20,000 bases of DNA. Source: Jimgerdemannia flammicorona (Eukaryota). Below the pieces are notes generated by a model. The model was not told the origin of the DNA. It saw only the letters and a list, made by a program, of their open reading frames with translations, and did not search any database. The DNA lies in assembly GCA_003990765.1 (NCBI GenBank), contig RBNJ01000010.1, positions 46,507 through 66,506 of the forward strand. Reading direction: 5' to 3'. The position numbers and the translations under genes were made by a program. Of this stretch, positions 1-10,563 are shown one piece after another; the stretch's first letter is position 1, and every line of letters begins with the position of its first letter.

Positions 1-2940
1 ATTTCATTCCATTACCAATGTCAAACTTAATTAAAGGAGCACCACCCAGTAGTGTACAATTCTATCTCCACATTGCTAGGTCCCAAGCCACCTCCCCTTC
101 ATTCCCCTACTAACGAATTCCAATATAGTGCACCCCCTCTGCTATCCCTCACCAAAATCCTTTATATCATAGTTGTTCAGTGTTCTGAAGTCCAACCAAT
201 AAGAGGAGATTGCCAGTTGAACCTCTTAGTGATGACTGCCTCTCCCAGATCTTCTGCAGCAAGAGAACCCAACCACCTCCTCTCAACTCTACTGCACTCT
301 TTAGCCACCATGCTCTTAAGCAGTATAACCATTTTGGAAAGTCCACCAGCCCAAGACCACCTCTTGCCACCAGTAAGGACAAGGTCTCCCAACCAATCTG
401 ACTCCTTCTGCCAGCCCAAATCCATCCCTTTGCCAACTTCATCAATCTCTTCACTACCTAGACTGGGAAGTCCAGATGATAAGCCAGATACCACAGCTTT
501 GGCAGCCAGTAGATATTCAAAATTGAGACCTGCCCTGCCAGAGAAAAGTGCCTTCCCCCCCAACCCTGCAGGGCCTCCTCCCAGATTCCAATTCTCTGCT
601 CTCACCAAAGCCTGGGCAGAACTGACCCATAGACTGACAAATAGATGCCCAAGTACTGTACTGCCTCACTGGTGGGGATGATTGTTCCTATAACTTCCCC
701 TCCCACCAGACTATTGCCTAGCACTATCATTTCACACTTGTGCCAATTCAGCTTAGCCCCACAGTTCTCCTCATACTACTTCACTGTCTTCTTAAGCTCT
801 TCGACATCAGTGATCGATCCCAAACCAACCACCATGTCATCTGCAAAGGCCCCAACTTTCCACTCAATGTCAAAGACAGAGAGCCCCACTATCCTCTGCC
901 TAATTCTGTCCATTAGGGGTTCCAGGGAAAGAGCATACAAAATGGGGGACAGTGGGTCCCCCTGGGGCACCCCCCTACCCAAGGGGAATGCAACCCCTCT
1001 ATGTCCATTATACATGAGTGCAGCCCTACTTCCTTCCAGTAGGCTGACCATTACTGACCAGAATTGGCATGGAACTCCTGTTCTATCTAATACTTTCACT
1101 AGCCAAACTCATTGCACCCAGTCATAAGCCTTCTCCTGGTCTAAGAAGACTAGATGCCCACCCAGTCCACAGGCCCTTGCCTCTTCAATAACTCCATGTA
1201 CCCAGGCTGTGCCATTTCTAATGAGCTGACCACCCACAAATCCCCTCTGCTCAACACCCATGACTTGCTGGGCCACCTTCTGTAGTCTTGCAACCACCAC
1301 CTTAGTCACCAACTTTCTGTCCATATCTAGCAACATTATCAGTCACCAGTTCTTCCAATCCTCTCATCTTCCTTTGTTCTTATAAAGCAGTATCACCAGC
1401 CCAAGATCCTACTCCCCCACCCATCTCCCTATCTATAGGATAAAGTCACACAATGCCATTATCTCTCCCATTACACCTGGGACTCCAACCATTTGCTTCC
1501 AGAAGTCCCAGGGCAGACTATCCTCCCCAGGTGCCATATCTGGTATTATCGCAGCAAGAACCTGGTGGATCTCATCCTCCTGTACAGGCATCACCAGGTC
1601 ACCTAGCCCCTCTACTGGTGGTGGGTACCAATCCTCCAATATTTGGTCAATGGCAGCAGCATCTGCCCCACCCTCCTCCTCACTCCACAATTCACTCCAT
1701 CACTCCTTCAACAATCCAAGAATGTCCTATACACCATGTACTAGTATACCATCTGAGTCAAGTACCCCTTTCCACTATTGCTGTACCCTTCTTGTCCTAA
1801 GGGCCCTTATAAGAAACTTGGAAGACCTCTCCCCTTTCTCCAGATTCTGCTAACAAAGCCATGCTGCCAAGCTTTGTACCCTTGCCTCTTCCTCTTCCCA
1901 CAGTACCTATTGTAGTTCCCCAACCTCCATCTTCACTCTCATTAATCTCCAATCTTCTTCTTCCTCCAACATTGTCAGCCTTGCCCACTCCTCCAGGAGC
2001 CTAGCCAATCTAGTAGAAGCCCAATGTACTCTTCACCTCCTCTGCTTCCCTGCCTCCTTGCCAGCCTCACTCCAGTAAATCTTAGCCATCTCCTTCATCC
2101 TCATTCACCAAACCCCAACTGAGGCACCTTCCTGCCACTAGTTCTCCACCCTCAGCTGAATATCTTTAGCCCACTCATCCCACTGGGTCTTGTCATCTAA
2201 CAAAGAGGAATTTAGGCACCAATGTCCAGGCCCATCTCCACTTCCCTCAAAGCACCCCTGTCCCAAAAGCCCCCAGTGATCCAACCATGGACACCATTCC
2301 ACCTCCAGCAACTTCCAAGCATCTAGGCCCCAGCAACTGGCCATCAGAATCCAGTCAATCCTTGTCCCCAGGCCCCCTGCCCAATGTGTATAAACCCTCC
2401 TATCCCCCAAGTACTCCCTACCAGCATTTACTAGCACACTTAGTCTTTCTACTTCCTCCCATACCACCAGCTCTCCACTCCTACTCTCAGCACCCTGTCC
2501 TCCATCTGTTCTATCCATCAGTATGTCCTGAACTATATTGAAATCCCAAGCATATCTACCCCAACCTCTGCAAGGATCCCACTCTCCTGTAGATCTTTCA
2601 CCCAATCTACACACTCACTCCATATAGCAGGGCAGTAACAGGAGCCAACTGTAACTGGCTCTCAGCCTGCATGAATCCACTCATCCCAGACCAGTCTCTC
2701 CTCCTAGCTCCTCTCCCCTCTGCCTTTCCAAACCAGAATCCCAACCTTGCCCTTCCAAATCACCACACCTCTCCATTCCTTTGTCCATTTCATCCTATTG
2801 GAATCATCCTCACACCTGATATCCTGCAAGAGAAAGAGATTGGCCTTCAATCTCTTCATCCAAGTAAAAATATTCCTACATCTAGCCATGCCCCATAACC
2901 CATTCATATTCAAAGAAAAAATATTGGTTGTATTGTTCAT
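1..2940 (-). pseudogene. LINE ORF2 remnant (APE endonuclease + reverse transcriptase)
   Basis: Endonuclease motifs: IFSLNMNGL..LFLLQD, YCP, (G)DFN with a frameshift near 2547, TRIDWIL, WLDH. RT motifs: APGED, QRGFVGG, LDQEKAYDWV, GVPQGDPLSPILY, FADD, YLG. Post-RT L1/Tx1 motifs: LPKLWY and GGLGLVD. Mostly one reading frame interrupted by stops. Confidence 0.93.
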
Positions 2941-2959
2941 AATGAAATATGTTATGTTA

Positions 2960-4993
2960 TCAATCGATCTCTACTACTCTATGTTCATCTCCTCCTGTGC
3001 TGTGTCCAGATTATATTCCACAGCCACCTCTTTCTCTTCAGCCCTCTGAGCCTCCAATCCAGCCAGTAGGTCATTCATCTCCCCATCTGCCTTCTCCTTG
3101 AACTCCTCTCAGTATTTTAGGCAGGCCTTCTGCCAGAGCTACAATCTATAATGCTTGTTCCAGCAGTATTCAGCCCTCTCTCCAGCAATGACTACCATCT
3201 CTGCCTCCCTCTCTTTATCCACCTCATACCCTTCCTCCTCCAGGTACACTGCAAGAATTTCTACCTTCAATGCCTTCATCACACCATCTCTCTGTAGTAT
3301 CCTTGCCTAATGCTCATCACCCATCACTCACAAGTCCACCTCCCCCAACTCTTCTGCTGCAGGTTATTCATCATCTGGTACATCCAAAGTAGGTTCCCCA
3401 CCTCCTTCCCACTTGGAGTTGCCAGCCTCCCTCCATTCAGCATTGTGGTATCAGCCCCAGTACTTGCAGACTCATCCCATACCTCTAGGACATCCACCAG
3501 TTCCTCCTCTCCAGCTGCCACCACCTGTCTCCTGTATGCTACCTCTGGAATTCCAAATTACACCCTCTGGGCCCCCTGCATTGGCACATTCTCTACCACC
3601 CTGTTTCGGGAAGCTGGGCCTTATCTGATAAGAGAGGTAGGGGTAGGAGAGTCCTCCCAGTCCACCTCCCAAACCTTTAGTGTACCATCAGTATATGGGT
3701 CATTACTAGGCTTCTCCTTGTCCTCCCCTGCCTCCTTTCCAGCCTTCCCCCCCCCCTTGCCAACCCAGACACTCACTTTGGCCCCCCCTGTGCTCTTCAA
3801 CTTGCTCACATCCTCCAGTGGTCTGTTTTCCAGCTTAGCCAGCAGCTCCTTCTGTCTCTTATACCCCTGAGCCCTTTCCCACTACTTCTTGTCCACTCAA
3901 ATCCACTTTCCATCTACTACCTCCAAGTGTGTTAACTCCACAAAGGCCTCTCAAGCCTTCACTCGCCTCTCTACAGTACCACTTAACTCTTCTAGTGCTT
4001 CTAATAAATCCTCCTCCTCCTCCTCACTTCCCTTCACCCTTGTCACCTTGCACAAGATTGCTCTCCAAACCATCACTGAAGGTCAGTCCCTTGTCTTCCC
4101 AGTAGCTTCTTCCCAGCTAGCTGAATCCTTACATCTATGTCATCAGTCCTAAGTGAGGTCTCTTTCCAGACCCTGAATCCGATATCCACCACCTCTCTAT
4201 ATTCTGCTATGACTTCCTCAACTCTCCTCCTTGTCTCCACTACTGTCACCATAGACACTCCTTTCACCAGCAGTTGGACCACCCTGGGATCTCACTTCAG
4301 GCAATGTGCCATCAGAACACACACCTCCCCAACTACCAATCCAATCTTCAGTGCCTCCTCCAGTGGTGCAGCCTCCTCAAAACCCACCTCCACTCCCTCC
4401 AGTCTCTTCAATAACTTCACTGACATGGCTCCTGCCACCTGCTTAGCAATGAGCCCTAGCATCATTTTTACTATCACCACTAAGCCCTGGAAGTACAGTA
4501 TAACCATGAATACCAAGATCAATTTTTTGAGTAATGGGGCCACTGCCAGGCCTGTCACACTATCTGCCAAATCTCCTTGTCTTCCAAGCCTCAGCTGCTC
4601 AGCCTCACTATCAGCCATCACATCTGGAATTTTTTCCAGATTAGCAGTCCCATTGCCATCAGTAGTTACACTCCCCCCAGCCACTACTCCCCCAGCTCCA
4701 CTGTCCCCCCTTCCAAGGGCTACTCCCCCATACACTGCTGCCTTCTCAGTCTCCTTGCCCCTTTGCAGCCAGCCCTCCAGCCCTGACACCTACTGTCTCC
4801 TCTTTACTGTCTCCACAAAGCTCACCCTCCCAGACCCTTGGCCTTCACCACTACCTCCACCCCTTCTATGTCCACCTGCCAGCAGCCCCCTCATGCCCCC
4901 TCCCAGGCCTGGGCCCCTCTCCACCTGCTGCCAGTCAAAAGCACTTGGGCCACCCTACCCAGTATGCACCTCAGATTACCTGTCAGTCACCAT
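2960..4993 (-). pseudogene. LINE ORF1 remnant (3' end approximate)
   Basis: ATG at 4993 is in frame with ORF fragment 4292-4789. N-terminus is Gly-rich with an SFVETVK motif resembling the SY/FAxxVK motif of L1/Tx1 ORF1. RRM-like segment at 4073-4282 (VIAEYREVVDIGFRVW..TDDIDVRIQL). Lies directly upstream of ORF2. Confidence 0.65.
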
Positions 4994-5088
4994 GTTGTTA
5001 GTCTCTTTTCTCCAAAAACGATGTTGTAAGTGCTTTTCAAAGGTTGTATAACCTGAGTGGTACCAGAGAAAGATGTAAATACCAGAGT

Positions 5089-6103
5089 TCAGTCTTTGAC
5101 TAGAATGGTGACTTGATTGATGGAGTATAGGTCAAGACTAATGACTTCTTCTGATTGACATTGAGAGATCTGGATCTTCAGATGAAGCTTCTTGATCTTG
5201 AGTTCAGATTGACTAGTGGTAGGGTTGATAGATATATCTTTAGACAATATAGTAACTGGTCTTGAGAGTTTGCTAGTCTTCTTAGGATATTTAGTTACAA
5301 TGTGTTCTGTTTGATAACAGAAGAAATAAGCTCTAGATTTCTTTAGATAGTCTTTTTTTTCTAGAGTAAGCTTGGTATTCTTTTTATTTATAGCATCTAG
5401 GTCCATTAGTGCTGGACCAACTGCTTTGGGTTGGTTCTTATAATAGTTCTCAAAATAGTCCTTCTTATAGTGCTCTGGTTCAAAGTAATTATTAAAGATA
5501 TGTAATGATATCAAATCTATTGATAATTCTCATAGCTTTATTGAGGATCTGTAGCTCTTTTAACTTGACCTTGACTTTTGTATTTCCTTTCAGATCTTAA
5601 ATATAGTGGTCTATCTTTTCATCTTTAGATATTACTAGTAGTTTAAGTAGAATTGACAGAAATTATATATTGTAACTTTGTACAGACTTGAGTTGCTTGA
5701 TATTTGCTAGTTTATCTCAGATTAGCTTAGTAATATTAGCAGACTTGAACTGCTGAAAAAGGGCCTCTTTGAAGGATTTCCAATCTTAGATTCTTGTATT
5801 TGAATAGATAGTAGTAGTTATAATATAATTGTATTATTAAATAACTGCATTTCCTCAGAGAAGTATAGTAGCAAATTAGACTTATATATCTTCTTCTATT
5901 CTTATAAGTTCAAAGTATTGGTCCAACTGAAAGGTCTATGCATCTGTGGTCAGTCCTCTTTAGTGACTATTGAAGGTATCTAGTTTGAGTAACTTAAAGC
6001 TAACTAATATAGTAGTAGGATATAATGTGGCTGCAGTTCTTGTTTTCTAATATTCTAGTTATACTTAAAGTAGTTAAATCTGATAGATCATAGAGATAAT
6101 CAT
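5089..6103 (-). pseudogene. Ty3/gypsy LTR-retrotransposon gag remnant, heavily mutated
   Basis: Reading through stops gives KLDTF..DA*TFQLDQYFEL..FATILL*GNAVI** (the WW codons are now TAA TAA at 5834-5839), then SVQSYN..DEKIDHYI, GPALMDLDAI, and a decayed CCHC knuckle YFFCYQTEHIVTKY at about 5288-5328. Confidence 0.85.
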
Positions 6104-6210
6104 TTCCTCTAGATTGACTTGTAGTTCTATACTATCTACTTCTTTTGTGGTAGAGAGGTCTGGACAGTAAGCTGATTCTCTATAGCTTATTTTGTACTTA
6201 TATGACTAGT

Positions 6211-6733
6211 TGTAACTAGTTTATAAATTTATATGAGATTTCTTAATAAGGTAAGATATAACTACCTACTGCTATCAAGTATAATAGTTTTAGTTTCTTT
6301 AAGAGAAAGCAGCTAAATCTAATAGTTCTAGTAAATTTAAAGTAGCTCAAAGAGATACTTGTAGATTTAAGTATTCTTAAAGGAATTCTGAGAGAAAATA
6401 TTCTAAGCTTTATTTATATAGAGAACAAGAATATTTATATATATAAGATCTGAAAGAAAGATCTAGAAGAATCTTAGAAAAGAAGAGAAAAGCCAAGAAA
6501 TAGATTTTTAGTAAAGATGACTAATAGTATTCTATAATATTTTAAAAGATTCTATAATTAGCTAAGATAAGATACTTAGTACCAAAAAAGATAAGAATGT
6601 TTTTATGATATCTTGATGCTAAGAAAATATTTCTAGGTATTTAGAAGATGCTGGAATATAGTAGAATATTTAAGAAAAGATAAGAAAAGATTAGAGAAAA
6701 GATATAAAAAAGTATTAAGACTAAAATATAACT
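6211..6733 (-). repeat. Probable 5' LTR of the gypsy element (outer boundary uncertain)
   Basis: On the minus strand it ends in GTTACA (6211), followed by AC-TAGTCATA, which looks like a TGG-type PBS mutated to TAG. TATA-like tracts at about 6411-6445. Lies upstream of gag. No second LTR in the window to confirm it. Confidence 0.45.
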
Positions 6734-6805
6734 GTGAAATTATTGCAACTATATATACTTTATCTTATATTGATCTTAGTATCATATATATCTAATACTC
6801 TCTAA

Positions 6806-7073
6806 TCATAATACAGAATCAGTTTATAATAATCTGTATAAGACATATATACTTACTTATATTTGGTCTCAAGACTACAGTAGTATAGAATTTTATAATT
6901 ATAATTGAGTCTTCACTACTATGATATTAAATCAGTCTATAATGATCTATATAGAATATATCTATTTTGCACCTTATCTCTAGACTGTAGTAGTACAGGA
7001 TTTTATAATCATAGTTTAGTATAGTCTACTATAATATAGAATTAATCTATAATAATCTATATAGAACATATCT
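6806..7073. repeat. Degenerate tandem repeat, ~110-113 bp unit, ~2.5 copies
   Basis: AATCAGT(T/C)TATAAT(A/G)ATCT(G/A)TATA-like block at 6817, 6930 and 7040. AGACT(AC/GT)AGTAGTA(T/C)AG..TTTTATAAT block at 6872 and 6982. Confidence 0.75.
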
Positions 7074-7793
7074 TATATCAATTATCTTCACTATTATATA
7101 ACTTTTACTCCCACCCACCTCTCTATTTATATATATATATATTATATATTGAGTTCTTTGAAACTAACTGATATAATATATTTAAGACAGAATATTTCTC
7201 ATATATACATTTGTCCAAATATATAAATATATACTTATTTAATTTATTATTATATATAATTTGATATAAGGATAACAGCTGTGAGAGAGTATAGGTTATA
7301 TAAGATGAGAATTTAATAATAAATTCTTCAGACTTAATCTAGTAAATAGACTAAATCAATAGACTTCTCTTTATATCAGAAAGTAGATTAGAGTAAAATT
7401 AGACAAAACTCATAATCTCCTAAATAGTGGCTTTAGAGTAGGTATTTCTCCTAAGTATTGTAATTTTTTTTTTTTAGAATTAAGTAGCTCTTGGTAGACA
7501 TATCTCTTAAAGTATATTAGGCAGACTTATCTTTTGCTTTTGAACTTTTTGGACTGAGGTTTATTCACTCAAATCTCAGAAATATTTTATATAAATATGA
7601 TTGCTATCTAGTTGCTATCAGAGTAATTATAGAATATACTCCTTTCTCTACTATCTTACCAATTACAAGATTTGGTAGACAACCTTCCAAGTCTACTTTC
7701 TATAACTAATATCTCCTCTACCTTGAATTGGTTTGCTATATCTATTGTAGGATAGTAGAAGGGAGGCAATGATGATAAGTTGTCTCTTTATTA

Positions 7794-8020
7794 TAGTGAC
7801 AGCCAAAACTGTAACAATATTTAGTTATTTTTTATATATAATTATATTATAGCTTCAATATAAATACAATAAAATCCAAATTTTTACCATTAATAATATA
7901 GTATCTTAGCTTTTGAATAGTATATTTTTTATTTTATTTGGATAAATATAGATATTAATATAACCATTTTAAGTTATATTACCATTGTTACAGTTTTGAC
8001 CCTCTTGGCCATCCAAATCT
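7794..8020 (+). repeat. Left TIR of the Tc1 element (227 bp)
   Basis: Reverse complement of 9167-9393 with 10 substitutions and no indels (manual alignment). Confidence 0.96.
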
Positions 8021-8131
8021 GTTTGGGTTCACCACATGCTATTAAGTTGGGCTATAATTATCCACTTTTACTACAGTGTTGTTTCAGACATTCTTTACTA
8101 CTCTATGGTGCTTTGCCATCATTTTCAAGCA

Positions 8132-9151
8132 ATGAAAAAGCTTTCTGTCGACATTCATAACCATATCATCCACTTACTGCAATCTGGTTTATCCACATGT
8201 AAGATTGCCAAAGAAACCAATGTGAGTGTGATGACAGTAAACCATGTAAAAACGGTGTATTGCAACAATATTCCTTCATCAAAAGGTGGTCATCCAGCTA
8301 TGTTTTCAGCCCAGAATGAAGCATGGATTACCTGCCAAGTTATAATTGGCAAAGCAGATAATGTCACCAGAGTCATAAAAGCCCTTCAAGAAAGTGGCAA
8401 AAAGGCGAGTCTTAGTATGATAAAACGAATGCTCTGAAAGACTGGCCTCAAAGCATACGTAAAGCAAAAGAAACCACTTTTGCTGCCTCACCACATAAAG
8501 GTGCGCTATGAATTTGCCATGAAATACAAGCATTGGACAGTTGCCAACTGGAAAACCATTGTGTTTTCTGATGAAATGAAGATTAACCATTTGGGCTCCA
8601 ATGGATGCAAATGGATATGGCATAAATCAGGCAGTGGTGGAGAGCTCCAACCAAACCAGGTGACTGGAATGCTAAAATTCAGTAGTGGATCATTAATGCT
8701 TTGGGGATATATGACATACAAGGGCATTGGATATATATGCCAAATCGAAGGCCGAATGAATGCCGAATTATATACTAGTATCCTTAGTGATAAATTGCTT
8801 TGAACGATCAAGTATTACAAACTTAATCAAAAAAAGATCACCTTCCAACAGGATAATGATTCCAAATATACATCCAAAATGGCATGCGAATGGTTCAAAA
8901 ACAACTCTATCCACATGTTAGACTGGCCAGCACAATCGCCAGACTTCAACCCCATCGAACATTTATGGTGTGAACTTAAAAAATGGTTGAATGCATACGA
9001 TGAACTACCTAAAGGAATGCTGGAATTATGGGAGTGCATACAGCATGTATGGAATAATATTCCTAAAGATGTTTGTATCAAATTAATTGAAAGTATGCCC
9101 AGGCGCATTGCAGCAGTATATAAAGCCAAAGGTAGATATGTTAAATACTAA
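8132..9151 (+). pseudogene. Tc1 transposase, 339 codons, two premature TGA stops (8435-8437 and 8801-8803)
   Basis: ORF fragments 8036-8437, 8480-8803 and 8879-9151 share one frame. N-terminal HTH region, GGHP (from GGRP), KKPLL, VFSDE, FQQDND, WPAQSPDFNPIEHLW. Exactly 34 residues lie between the second D and the E. Confidence 0.96.
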
Positions 9152-9166
9152 ATAAAAATAAATAAG

Positions 9167-9393
9167 AGGTTTGGATGGCCAAGAGGGTCAAAACTGTAAC
9201 AATAGTAATATAACTTAAAATGGTTATATTAATGTCTATATTTATCCAAATAAAATAAAAAATATATCATTCAAAAGCTGAGATACTATATTATTAATGA
9301 TAAAAATTTGGATTTTATTATATTTATATTGAAGCTATAATATAATTATATATAAAAAATAACTAAACATTGTTACAGTTTTGGCTATCACTA
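9167..9393 (-). repeat. Right TIR of the Tc1 element (227 bp)
   Basis: Inverted copy of 7794-8020. Confidence 0.96.
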
Positions 9394-10452
9394 TAGTATC
9401 AGATCAGTATCTTCTCTACTTTTTTATAATTTCTAGTATCTTTAGCTATATTTAGAGTATACTCATTTTGGTGTAGTACTTTCTTTCTTTTGCTATCATC
9501 AATAAGATATTATCTGAAGTATCACAGGCTATATATAGAGTTGGCCAATCTTGGGTATCAAGTGCTAGTATAGATTATCTACAGATCTTCAATATCTATA
9601 GTAGAGCCCTCTGAGCTTTGGTGAGCTTCTCAGTAAGTGCAGTTCTGCCATAGATGACTACTTTTTGGATAGAGTCAGAATGGGAGGGGAGATGGCCATC
9701 ACAGATAAGAGAAAGAGTAATTATAGTAAATTAGTAGGATACCAGACTGGGGGCAGTCATTAGAACTGAGGTAAGTACTGCATTGGTGGGGCCTTCTGAT
9801 TGTTATAGGGTAGTTAGATAGTAGATATTACTCTTGGCTTCTTTTAGCAATTCATGAAGTTGGGTCCTAGTTATTGAAAGAGATTGGAGGGCCCAAGACT
9901 ACCCATTTTAGATATCTTGACTACACTTAACTGGAACTGGAAACTGATATAGTAATGTGATTGAGGCTCATAGGCTTGAGTAGTAGAGTATTGGGGGTCT
10001 TCTCTCACCTTACATATAAGTTCTTTACTTATCTCATCTGAGAGAATCAGGCCCTACTTACTGTGCCATACTTTGATAACAATTTTTCTTTATCTGTCAT
10101 TCTCCTTGGGGTAGCAGAGGCTATTCTATTTAGCTTGGGTGTGGCCTTATATATATGTTGGGGTTTCAGGCATGTACCTTCAGTTGTAGGCATATGGTTA
10201 TTCCCTCCTGGTAGTAGAGAGAGCATAGTGTACAGAATGAGATACAGGCAATAATGCCCTACTATATCTGATATGGTTGAGCTGCTAGACAATAGCTAGC
10301 CTAGGTTAATGGAGATATAGTGCTTGGGAGGTAGTGAGGGAGGGTTTCAGCCTATATAGTCTAGGTTCTCTTCCAATAAAATCCATGAGACTTTGGGTAG
10401 GTTAAAAAAAAAAAAAAAGATAATTATAGAATGTGCAGTAAGGCTAGTTTAG

Positions 10453-10563
10453 AAAAGTGTTTCTTGTAAGACAGGTGTTCTGCTTGAGATGAGTATTCCA
10501 GTTGGAACAGGTGTTCCACTTGGGATAGATATTCCAGTTGGAACAGGTATTCCACTTGGGATG
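10453..10563. repeat. Tandem array of ~6 x 18-bp units with 36-bp higher-order period
   Basis: Units start at 10453 (degenerate), 10471 ACAGGTGTTCTGCTTGAG, 10489 ATGAGTATTCCAGTTGGA, 10507 ACAGGTGTTCCACTTGGG, 10525 ATAGATATTCCAGTTGGA and 10543 ACAGGTATTCCACTTGGG. Confidence 0.85.

Larger units (their letters stand above)
1..5080 (-). mobile_element. Degenerate non-LTR retrotransposon (LINE, L1/Tx1-type); 3' end lies beyond window position 1; 5' boundary approximate
   Basis: ORF1 followed by an APE endonuclease-RT ORF2 on the minus strand, with many premature stops. Sense strand is purine-rich. Composition changes abruptly to the AT-rich gypsy remnant at about 5050-5090. Confidence 0.92.
7794..9393 (+). 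mobile_element. Complete Tc1-family (IS630-Tc1-mariner, DD34E) DNA transposon, 1600 bp, with TA target-site duplication
   Basis: 227-bp terminal inverted repeats, TA at 7792-7793 and 9394-9395, and a single transposase reading frame inside. Confidence 0.96.

Noticed and set aside
52-5051. Long plus-strand ORFs (52-681, 645-1127, 3310-3870, 4137-5051) as genes
   Set aside because: They are Ser/Pro/Leu-rich antisense shadows of the purine-rich LINE sense strand, with no domain motifs.
7794-9393. CACTA (CMC) element, suggested by TAGTG and CACTA at the ends
   Set aside because: The orientation is reversed (CACTA elements begin with CACTA), the TSD is TA, and the transposase is DD34E Tc1.
10453-10563. 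CRISPR-like array (36-bp period with palindromic core)
   Set aside because: Units are contiguous with no unique spacers, there are no cas genes, and the context is eukaryotic.
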